Positions 43,607 to 53,400 of a DNA stretch of 64,000 nucleotides are shown here, piece after piece. The first letter of the stretch is position 1. Every line of letters begins with the position of its first letter. Under the pieces are notes generated by a model. The model saw only the letters and a program-made list of their open reading frames with translations, was not told the origin of the DNA and ran no database searches. The stretch is from an uncultured Bacteroidales bacterium (GTDB taxonomy: Bacteria; Bacteroidota; Bacteroidia; Bacteroidales; F082): positions 1,780 through 65,779 of the forward strand of contig CAMHRP010000020.1 of the NCBI GenBank assembly GCA_946187645.1. Direction: 5' to 3'. The position numbers were made by a program, and so were the translations under genes.

Positions 43607-43874
43607 CCTTGTCTTTCGCAAATGCAAAAGCGCAAGACAAGACATATTGGCAAAATAGATAGTAGTATCTAATTCCAAGAAGTTCAACACATACAATCTT
43701 CCAACAAATGCTACGGACTTCGAGGAGTGGGGATACGCCTTTAGGCGTACCCTTTCCTTATTCGTTCCGTGGCAGGGTTTTCCGGAAGATTGTCCCAGTG
43801 TTGAAGCGATCAAGGTTAAGGGTGCGCTTCTTTTATGCCGATAAGTCATCGAGATACAATGAACAATCTTCCGA

Positions 43875-46800
43875 ATGATGATTCAAGTCGGCAACATAAT
43901 TCAAAACCTGATTCCTTCCGAATCTGTTATCGTTACCAAGGTGCAGCCCTTGGGCAGTCACTTTTCCATCAGCTACAAAGGCGTGAACACCAACAAGGCC
44001 AGCAGCGTCATCATCGATGCCGCCAAGCTGGAAACGCTGGAGGTCGTTGCCGACGAAGGCAAGTTCAACTTCAAGGGCAACCCTGAGAAGTTCAAACTCT
44101 TCGCCGAGGCCGAGCGCATCAAGACGGCATACCAGTTCGACCCGCTCTTTGCCATCAACTGCAGCGTGGTCGACCCGCTACCGCATCAGGTGGAGGCCGT
44201 CTATAAGTTCCTATTGCCGCAGCCGAGAATCCGTTTCCTCTTGGCCGACGACACTGGTGCTGGTAAGACCATCATGACAGGTCTGCTCATCAAGGAAATG
44301 CTCATGCGCAAGATGGTCGAGCGCATTCTCATTGTCACGCCCGGTGGCCTCACCAAGCAATGGCAGGAGGATGAAATGGGCGTGAAGTTCAATCTGCCCT
44401 TCACCTTGGTCAATAGCCAAGTCTTCAATTCCGACCCCACCATCTTCCAAACCCACGACCGTTTGGTGGCTTCCATAGACCTCATTTGTCGCGACAAATA
44501 CATGAAGGTGCTCGAAAACACCAACTGGGACTTGGTCATCTTCGATGAGGCACACAAGCTATCGGCTTACGAATACGGTCTGAAGACCTATCGGTCGCGA
44601 AGATACGAGGCCGCTTTCATGCTCTCGCAACGATGCGAGCATGTCCTTCTTCTAACCGCTACGCCCCACCGTGGCCGCCAAGACACATTCAAGCGTCTGC
44701 TCCAGCTGTTGGATGAAGACATCTTCGCTACTGCCGACATCGCTGCCGACCGCGTCAAGGAACTCAGCCAAGACGGCCTGAACAAGTTCTTCATCCGTCG
44801 TCTGAAAGAGGACATGAAAGACTGGGAGGGCAACCCACTCTATGTGAAGCGTTCCACCAGAACGGTTTCCTACCAGCTGACACCCGAGGAAAAGAAACTC
44901 TACGATGCGGTTACCAAGTACCTCACCAAGCGCAAAGAAGAAGCCATCTCCACCAAAAACATCCATGTCACCCTTGCCCTCGCTGTCATGCAGCGTCGTT
45001 TGGTCAGCTCCATCTATGCCATCAAGAACACCTTGCAGCGCCGTTGGACGGCTTTGCAAGAGCTGGTCGATGAGCTTGACCGCAACCCAGCCCTTTGGTC
45101 TCAGAAGGAAAAGTTGGAAGAGCTTGTGGACTACGATAATGTGGATGACTACGAAGACCTTGATGACGACGAGAAGGATGCCTTGGATGCCATCCTTTGC
45201 GACCCCAAGAAACTGAAATGGTTCACCACGGCTTCAAGCCCCAAGGAGTTGAAGCATGAGGCACAGGAGGTGAAGACACTCTATGAGATGGCCAACAACC
45301 TCTATATGCAGAATCAAGAGGAAAAGAAATATCAGGAGTTGAAGCATCTGCTGAAGAGCCAAGGCGTTGTTGACGGCGAAAAGCTGGTGCTTTTCACTGA
45401 ACACAAGGACACCCTGCTTTATCTTCAAGACCGCCTGAAAAACAACGGCTACAAAGTCACCACCATCCACGGTGGCATGTCGGTTGATGAGCGTCGCGAG
45501 TCTCAAGTCAAGTTTATGACCGACCAGGCGCAAATCCTCATCGCTACCGATGCCGCTGGTGAGGGTATCAACCTGCAGTTCTGCCGACTGCTCATCAACT
45601 GGGACATCCCGTGGAACCCCAACCGACTGGAGCAGCGCATGGGGCGTGTCCACCGTTATGGCCAAAAACGCGATGTCCTCGTCTTCAATATGGTTGCCGA
45701 CAACACCCGCGAAGGTCAGGTGCTGGCCAAGTTGTTACAGAAACTTGACAACATCCGCGAGGACTTGGGCGACGACCGCGTCTATGATGTCATTCAAGAT
45801 GTGCTGAAAGGCATTTCCCTCGAAGACATCATCTCCTCGGTCTTCAATGGCCAGCCCACTCAGTTTGATGCTTTCATCGACCAGGACAAAGACCAAATCC
45901 GCGACCTCTTCAAGAAGAAAATCGAGGAAAACACCAAGTCGATGGCCATCAGCAAGGTCGATTTCAAGGATGCCCAACTGCTGAAGGAAGACTCCGATGA
46001 AAAACGGCTCCAGCCTATCTACATCCGCCTCTTCTTCGAAAAGGCGTTCCGTTATCTTGGTGGCGAGTATGAGCAAGTCAAAGAGGGCATCTATCGCATC
46101 AACAAGGTGCCTGCCGTGATTTCCGACCGCCTCCGCGACAACTACAAGATTTACTCCGACAATGTCACGAAGCTGCTTTTCTGCTTCGACAAGCATATCT
46201 TCCTCGACTATAGCAACGCCAGTTCCCTCATGGGCAAGGCGCACTACATCAACCCGGGCAATCCGCTTTTCGATTGCTTGGTCGATACCGTTCGCGACCT
46301 CTATCGAGACGAGATGATGAAGGGCACCGTCTTGGTTTCGCCCGACGATAGGGATGCCTATCTGGCCTTCTATGTCAAGAACCAAATCACCGACAACCGT
46401 CCTTCCAAGGAAGGCGACAATGTGGCCAACGAGAATCTGGCTTTGGTGTGTAAGGATTCGGATGGCAACTTCTCCGTCACCTCTCCCGCCAAACTGATCG
46501 ACCTCGACATCCCGACGCAATACGCCAAGGAAATCACACCGCCCGAAGTGGAGGACGAGCAGGATGTCATGGCTTGGTCGTTTGAGAAGATTGCCATGCC
46601 GCTCTTCGAGAGCACCAAGCAGAAGGTGGAGGAAGACAACGAAGCCCGTCGCCAGTATCTCGAAGAAGCCTTCAATCGGGTGATTGAAGACTTGGACGGT
46701 GAAATCAACGAGCTTCAAGGCAAGACCTTGATGAACGACAACGAAAAGCTTCAGGAGAAGCTGCAACGCAAATATGCCCTGCGGTATCAGGCAGAGCAAA

Positions 46801-47309
46801 AGCGACAGGAAAGGCTTCACAGCCTCGAAAAGATGGTGGAGTTGCAACAGCGCACCCCCGAGGTACTAGGCTGCGCCTATGTCGTGCCGCTCAACCAAAT
46901 GGAATACAAAAGCCATTTCGGCATGAGCCGAGACGACGAGGTGGAAGCCATCGCCATGAACGAAGCCATGAAATACGAAAAGCAAGAAGGACGCATCCCC
47001 ACCGATGTCTCAAAGGACAATGTGGGCTACGACATCCGCAGCACTGCAACCGATGGGCAGAAACGCTACATCGAAGTGAAAGGCCGTGCCGCCACCGATG
47101 GCGTGATGCTCTCCGAAAACGAGTGGAACCGCCTCACCCAATTGGGCAAGCGCGCTTGGCTCTACATCGTCACCGACTGCAAAACCCATCCCACCCTACA
47201 TATCATCAACGACCCAGGCAACACCCTCGATTTCGAAAAGACCGTCAAGGGCGTTCAGTATTACCTCCCGCTCGAAGAGTGGAAAGCACATGAAAATCTA
47301 AACCAATGA
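43875..47309 (+). CDS. SNF2-family helicase with C-terminal DUF3883 (restriction-endonuclease-like) domain
   Basis: LLADDTGAGKT, VIFDEAHKL, LLTATP, ATDAAGEGINLQ, QRMGRVHRYGQ. C-terminal GYDIRS..RYIEVKGRA..LSENEW..WLYIVTDC. Confidence 0.9.
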   Translation: MMIQVGNIIQNLIPSESVIVTKVQPLGSHFSISYKGVNTNKASSVIIDAAKLETLEVVADEGKFNFKGNPEKFKLFAEAERIKTAYQFDPLFAINCSVVDPLPHQVEAVYKFLLPQPRIRFLLADDTGAGKTIMTGLLIKEMLMRKMVERILIVTPGGLTKQWQEDEMGVKFNLPFTLVNSQVFNSDPTIFQTHDRLVASIDLICRDKYMKVLENTNWDLVIFDEAHKLSAYEYGLKTYRSRRYEAAFMLSQRCEHVLLLTATPHRGRQDTFKRLLQLLDEDIFATADIAADRVKELSQDGLNKFFIRRLKEDMKDWEGNPLYVKRSTRTVSYQLTPEEKKLYDAVTKYLTKRKEEAISTKNIHVTLALAVMQRRLVSSIYAIKNTLQRRWTALQELVDELDRNPALWSQKEKLEELVDYDNVDDYEDLDDDEKDALDAILCDPKKLKWFTTASSPKELKHEAQEVKTLYEMANNLYMQNQEEKKYQELKHLLKSQGVVDGEKLVLFTEHKDTLLYLQDRLKNNGYKVTTIHGGMSVDERRESQVKFMTDQAQILIATDAAGEGINLQFCRLLINWDIPWNPNRLEQRMGRVHRYGQKRDVLVFNMVADNTREGQVLAKLLQKLDNIREDLGDDRVYDVIQDVLKGISLEDIISSVFNGQPTQFDAFIDQDKDQIRDLFKKKIEENTKSMAISKVDFKDAQLLKEDSDEKRLQPIYIRLFFEKAFRYLGGEYEQVKEGIYRINKVPAVISDRLRDNYKIYSDNVTKLLFCFDKHIFLDYSNASSLMGKAHYINPGNPLFDCLVDTVRDLYRDEMMKGTVLVSPDDRDAYLAFYVKNQITDNRPSKEGDNVANENLALVCKDSDGNFSVTSPAKLIDLDIPTQYAKEITPPEVEDEQDVMAWSFEKIAMPLFESTKQKVEEDNEARRQYLEEAFNRVIEDLDGEINELQGKTLMNDNEKLQEKLQRKYALRYQAEQKRQERLHSLEKMVELQQRTPEVLGCAYVVPLNQMEYKSHFGMSRDDEVEAIAMNEAMKYEKQEGRIPTDVSKDNVGYDIRSTATDGQKRYIEVKGRAATDGVMLSENEWNRLTQLGKRAWLYIVTDCKTHPTLHIINDPGNTLDFEKTVKGVQYYLPLEEWKAHENLNQ

Positions 47310-50300
47310 AAGCAAAGAAACTCATAGAAGTGGCCATGCCGATTAAGGAGATTTCGGCAGAGAGCGTCCGCGACAAGTCGATTCGTCACGGTCATATTTC
47401 AACCCTGCACCTGTGGTGGGCGCGTCGTCCCTTGCCCGTGTGTCGTGCCGTGGTGTTCGCCAGCCTTGTGCCCGACCCCTTGGATGAGCACTGCCCGCAA
47501 GCCTTCAAAGACGCTGTGGCCGACTTGCTCAAAAGCGATACCTACAAACCCTACGACGACATCCCCTATACTACGGTCGTTGACAAGATGGACGACACCC
47601 CTCGTCACCGTCTGATGATGTTCATCGGCAAGTTCTCCGACAAATGCCAGAAGAACATGAATGCCGGAAAAGCCACTTCACCTGCCGAACAGCTTTCTGC
47701 TGGTTCTCTTATCAAGTGGGAGAACAAGAACAACGAGGCGGTGCTGGGCATTGCCCGTAAGTTGATTTGGGTGGCTTACAACGCCGACAAAGACGCTTCG
47801 CTTTCGTATGAGCGGTTGAGCAAGGACTTCGACCATGCCTATTCAGCCATCCATGAGGCCGAAAAAGCCCTTTATGAGTTGACCGACCGTCACAAGGCAA
47901 CACCCGAAGTGCAGCAGGCCGAAGCCCGTTTGCAAAAAGCCATTGATGATTTCCAGCAGCGTATGCCCAGCGTATTCGACCCCTTCGCGGGTGGAGGTGC
48001 CATCCCACTCGAAGCCGCCCGTTTGGGCTGCCGCAGCTATGGCAACGACATCAATCCTGTGGCGCACATCATCGAGCGTGGTTCTGCCGAATTCCCTCAA
48101 AAGTACGGCAAGCCTATTCGTTATACCGAAACCGAGTTTCGCCGCATCTATGGCAAAGAAGGCGTAGATATGTTGGCCGAAAAAGGCTTTGCCTTCTTCG
48201 ATGGCTTTGTTGAGATTCCCAACCGTCTGGCTTGGGATGTGGAGTTCTATGCCAAACGCATCCTTCGCGAAACTGAAAAGGAAGTGGGGTGGATGTATCC
48301 AGCGGACGAAAATGGGAATAAGCCTATTGCATTTTATTGGGTGAGAACAGCTAAATGCTCAAATCCTAGTTGTGGGGCTATTGTTCCAATGTTAAAAGGC
48401 TTTGATTTAGTGCATACTAACTCTAAACAGTTTTATTTAGATCCGACAATTGAAGGCAAGAGCATTAGTTTTTCAATTAAACAAGGAAGAAGTTCATCAT
48501 CAAGTTGGAATAATCGTGGAAATGTTACATGTCCTTGTTGTGGAAGCCTTACGAGTGTGGGCCAAGTAAAAGAACAATCCAAAAAGAATCGACTTTCACC
48601 AATTCTAGTTGCTACTATCTACGAAACAAATAATGGGAAAAAGTATGGAATACCTACAGCAAAGCAAATCAAAGTGCTTTCAACCCCCATTGAAGTTATA
48701 GATAGGCCAACGGAAAGTATGCAACGAAATTCAAATGGTGGTGATACCTTTCCTTGGGGATTTACAAAATGGGGCGATTTGTTTTCAGATAGGCAATTAT
48801 TCATGCTCTCTCATTTTGTCAACCAAATTAAAGGAATTGGACGATTATTGGATGATGAAAAATATGGGAATATCATCGAGACCTATTTAGCTCTTTGGTT
48901 TGATAGAATTGCTTTAATTAACACTTCATTTAGTAGGTATGATACAAGTAGAGAAAATGTACAACATATGTACAATCGTCAAGCTATTGCCATGGTTTCA
49001 GATTATCCTGAATCTAATCCTTTTTGCGACAGTTCAGGCTGTGCTCTAAATCAGTTGGATTGGGTATTAAGATATATAGAATCTGAAAGCCCTAATTCAT
49101 ATAGTGCCAACTTTGCTAATGCTTCTAGTGGAGATAAAGAACAATTCGAAAAGAAACAACTATCAGTTGTGGTTACTGACCCTCCTTATTATGATGCCAT
49201 TGCTTACGGCGATATATCAGATTTTTTCTATATCTGGATGAAAAAGATTTTGTGCGAAATATATCCACTGAATTTTGCAACCCCACTTACCCCAAAGACT
49301 GAAGAATGTACTGCGTTAAGACACCATCATAATGACAATGAAACTGAAGCGAAAAAACACTTTGAAAACAAATTGACTGACATTTTCGATGCAATTGAGA
49401 GACAAACTTCTGATGTGGTAAGTATTATGTTTGCTCATCAAAGCACAGAGGCGTGGACTACACTTTGCAATTCCATCTTGAATGCTAGGATGAATATTAC
49501 AGGTAGTTGGCCAATGGATACCGAATTGGCCAATAGAACTTTAGCTATATCAAGTTCCGCTTTGGAGTCCTCCGTCACCGTTTCTTGTCGTCCATCCCAG
49601 CGTCAAGGCTTTGCAGAATACAAGGAGGTGAAGAAAGCCATCGAAAAGAATGTGAAGGAAGAAGTGAACAAACTCTACGACTTAGGCTTCCGTGATGCCG
49701 ACTTGCTCACAGCTTGCTTCGGTCAGGCCGTTAGTGAGTTTGGCAAATACGAGGTGGTCGAAAAGAGCAACGGCGACCTTGTGTCAGTAGCTGAATTGCT
49801 CGAACTAGCTCGAGAAGCAGCCTTTAATGCCTTGCTCGAAGGAGTCGAAGGTGACAATTTTACCAAGTTCTATATTGGATGGCTTCGATTAAATGGTATG
49901 AAAGAAACTGACTACGATGATGTCACCAAGTTCACCCGCGTCGGCCTGCCTATCGATGTCAAGGAAGTCTTCAGCCAAGGTCTGCTGGTCAAGGAGCCGA
50001 GTGGCAACAAACAACATCTGGCCACTGCCGCCGAGCACCTCGAAGGCGACCACATTGCTGGCACCCGTGCCACCGATTTGCTCATCGACCAAGCCCACCG
50101 AGCTATCTTGATTTATAAGGACGGAAACCGTGCCGCCCTGCTGAAACTGCTACGCGACATCAACGCCCAAGATGCCAACGCTTCCTTCTGGAGGCTCTTG
50201 GCTTCCTTGAAAGAGCTGTTGCCCGCCTGCGATGACTTAAAGCAAGTCCAAGGCTTGCTACAAAACGGCGAAGACCTCCGTCAATCCAGCCGTCAGACCG

Positions 50301-50338
50301 AACAACCCACATCTACCCAAACAACAATCGAGTTCTAA
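47306..50338 (+). CDS. DUF1156-domain DNA methyltransferase with Zn ribbon (COG1743 type)
   Basis: N-terminal IRHGHISTLHLWWARRPL, SAM motif FDPFAGGGAIPLEA (47975-), CSNPSC...CPCCGS, motif IV VVTDPPYYD (DPPY at 49178-49189). The start overlaps the helicase stop (ATGA). Confidence 0.9.
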   Translation: MKAKKLIEVAMPIKEISAESVRDKSIRHGHISTLHLWWARRPLPVCRAVVFASLVPDPLDEHCPQAFKDAVADLLKSDTYKPYDDIPYTTVVDKMDDTPRHRLMMFIGKFSDKCQKNMNAGKATSPAEQLSAGSLIKWENKNNEAVLGIARKLIWVAYNADKDASLSYERLSKDFDHAYSAIHEAEKALYELTDRHKATPEVQQAEARLQKAIDDFQQRMPSVFDPFAGGGAIPLEAARLGCRSYGNDINPVAHIIERGSAEFPQKYGKPIRYTETEFRRIYGKEGVDMLAEKGFAFFDGFVEIPNRLAWDVEFYAKRILRETEKEVGWMYPADENGNKPIAFYWVRTAKCSNPSCGAIVPMLKGFDLVHTNSKQFYLDPTIEGKSISFSIKQGRSSSSSWNNRGNVTCPCCGSLTSVGQVKEQSKKNRLSPILVATIYETNNGKKYGIPTAKQIKVLSTPIEVIDRPTESMQRNSNGGDTFPWGFTKWGDLFSDRQLFMLSHFVNQIKGIGRLLDDEKYGNIIETYLALWFDRIALINTSFSRYDTSRENVQHMYNRQAIAMVSDYPESNPFCDSSGCALNQLDWVLRYIESESPNSYSANFANASSGDKEQFEKKQLSVVVTDPPYYDAIAYGDISDFFYIWMKKILCEIYPLNFATPLTPKTEECTALRHHHNDNETEAKKHFENKLTDIFDAIERQTSDVVSIMFAHQSTEAWTTLCNSILNARMNITGSWPMDTELANRTLAISSSALESSVTVSCRPSQRQGFAEYKEVKKAIEKNVKEEVNKLYDLGFRDADLLTACFGQAVSEFGKYEVVEKSNGDLVSVAELLELAREAAFNALLEGVEGDNFTKFYIGWLRLNGMKETDYDDVTKFTRVGLPIDVKEVFSQGLLVKEPSGNKQHLATAAEHLEGDHIAGTRATDLLIDQAHRAILIYKDGNRAALLKLLRDINAQDANASFWRLLASLKELLPACDDLKQVQGLLQNGEDLRQSSRQTEQPTSTQTTIEF

Positions 50339-50410
50339 CCCCCAGCGTCCCGCGTCCCTTTGTCCCGCGTCCCGCATCCAAAATAACGAACAACAAAATA
50401 CCATCGAGAT

Positions 50411-53400
50411 ATGAATGAGAATGTATTCAAAGCTTTAGGCGTTTTCCTCGAGACTATGCGTCCTTATGTGGTCAGCATCTTGCAGAAGTATTTTCCCAAC
50501 GAGCCATGGGAAGGCGTGATGTTTGCCAAGCTCAGCGCCGATAAGCAGGCTTCATGGAACCGTAATGCAAAAGAAATGCAAAAGACCGGGGCACCAAGCA
50601 TGGGTCTCATCGACTTTAGCAACCTCACTTCTTTTGCTTTCAGCTTCAAGGAGTTGCTGGTAAAGGAATTTGGCGAATCCAAGCAGGCCAACAAGTTCAT
50701 CAGCTATGTGCAAGAGCTTGAAGACACCCGCAACAAGTGCCAGCACTACCAGTCTATTGATGAGGACGAAATTGTCCGCACCTATAGCAACATCAAGATG
50801 GTGGCGCGTCTCATTGGCGATGATGACCTCTACGACGAGGTGACCCGCATTTCCGCTCCCAAGGCCAAGCCCGTGGAGCAGCCATCCGTCAAGACTATTG
50901 AGGTGCGTCCTGAATCCATTATAGATGACAATAGCCAAGTGACGCCGTGGTTTGCCAATGTCATTCCCCACTACGACATCAGCCGTTCCATTCTCGATGA
51001 GTCCATCTTTGCCGCCAACCTCGGTGATGTGGCTATGGGTACAGCTCCCGAGGTCTATACCAACTCGGCATCCTTCTTTGAAAAAACCTATGTCACTCAC
51101 GGTCTGCGCGACATCGCCACCCGTGTGGTCACCGCCTTGAATGGTGGAGTGACCGAAAACCGCGTCATCTCCCTGAAGACAGGTTTTGGCGGTGGTAAGA
51201 CCCATACCCTCATCACGCTTTACCATATCGTCAAATGCGGCTCCAAAATGGCTACGATGGAGTCGTGCCGCGACTTACTCAAAGAAGGCTTGGTGCCTGA
51301 GTTCGACAACGCCAAGGTCGCTGTCTTCACCAACAACACCACCGATGTGGCGCAAGGTCGCCAAACCGACGACGGCCTTACCATCAACACCATCTGGGGC
51401 GAAATTGCCTATCAACTGGGAGGCGTTGAGGCCTACAAGGTGGTGGAAGAAAACGACCGAGAACGCATTGCTCCTTCGAGTGGCGTCTTCCAGCCCATCC
51501 TCGAAACCACCAAGCCAGCCATGATTCTCATTGATGAGCTGGCCGACTATTGCGTCAAGGCTTCAGCCAAAAAAGTGGGCGCAGGCAACCTCTATTCCCA
51601 GACGCTCAGTTTCGTGCAAACGCTCACCGAGATGGTCTCTTCCGTGTCCAGATGCCTTCTCATTGTCACCTTGCCCGAAAGCGTCGTAGAAGTCGCTTCT
51701 ACCGCCATCGGCCAGGACATTCTCACTTCGCTGGAACAGCGCGTGATTCGTGTTGGCTCTGCCATCAAACCCATCGAGGACGAAGAAGTGTTTGAGGTGG
51801 TGCGCCGCCGTTTGTTCGACGAGATTAAGGACTATACTGTGGTTGACGATGTGGCGCGTCGCTACCAGCGCATGTACCACAACCGTTACAACGACCTTCC
51901 GGCGCAGAGCGACAACAATGCCTACGCCGACAAGATTCGCAAGTCTTATCCCTTCCATCCCGAGTTGATTGAGATGTTCCGCTTGCGTTGGGGCAGCGAC
52001 CCCCATTTCCAACGCACCCGTGGCGTGTTGCGCCTCTTGGCCTCAATAGTTCAAGATTTGTGGCGTCGCCGCCAAAATCTGACTGGAACCCAATCCTTGA
52101 TACATACCAGCGACATCAATCTTGAAAACTTGCCCACACTCACAGGCACCATCACCAACCTGATGGGAAGCCAGTGGGAAACCGTCATGCACGCCGATGT
52201 CTATGGCTCTGCCAGCAATGCCTTTAAGATTGATTCCAACGAAATGGGTTCCAACACTGGCCTTTACAGCCTGACGCAAGGCATTGCAAATACCATCCTT
52301 TTGGCATCCATCGGTACTTTTGCCAAAAATGGTGTCACAATCAAAGAGCTGAAACTCTGTATGTTGAAACCCAACGCCTTCAACCATAACGACATTGATG
52401 GGGCTTTGAACAAGTACGAACAAGTGGCTCATTATCTCCACTATTCTACTATCGGCGAGAAGCGATATTGGTTCCACTCCAAGCCCAACATCAATATCAT
52501 CTTGAATCAGGCCAAGAACGAAATTAACGACGATGAAAAACGCACCGAAATCGTCAGGCGTTTGAAGAACAGTTGCTCCTTCATCCCCGACCTGAATGTG
52601 TTGATAGCACCTACAGGCGACATCCCCGAGCAGAAGTCGCTCACCTTGGTTTTGATGGGACCAGAATACGCAGTTCCGATTGACAGGCTGAATGCTCCCG
52701 TCGAAAGCTATGTGAAAACCAATTCGCTGAAGCGTGGCGAGGCCGACCGCCTCTATCGAAACACAATGTTTTATCTGGTCTGCTCCGAGCAAGGCAAGTC
52801 CAACCTTGACGGCAAAATGCGCGACTACTTGGGCTGTGTCAAGGTGCAGAATGTCTATTCTGCTTCCATCGAGAAAGACCAGAGGGATGAAATCCAAAAG
52901 CGTAAGGATGCTTTCGACAAGGAAGCCTTCGATGCATTGGTTCAAGCCTACGCCGTAGTGTTACGCTACACCTTCGACAAGGGCATCCTCCGTTACGATG
53001 TGAAAAACTATGCCTCCGATTTCTCGTCACAGGTCATGCAAAACATCCTTCCCGAGCTGAAAGAGGAAGAGTGGCTGCTCGATGCTGTGGGTCGTGGTGT
53101 CTTGGCCAACAACAACCTACTGCCAACGGGTGAGAATCCCATCCGTGTCAAGGACTTCTATGAAGCCTTCTTAAAGTTCGACGACAAGCCGATGATTACT
53201 GGCTCCGAAGCCATCATCCAAACCATCAACCGCTATTGTTCCGAGGGTTTGTTCAATGTGGCATCGGGCGAAAAAGGCAATTACGACAAGGTGTATAGCA
53301 AAGAAAGAGTCCCGTTCCTCAATGTCACCGACCCCGATTATTGGTTGGTCGACAAGAGCATAACCAAGGAAGAGCCAGCTCCAACACAACCTACTGAACC

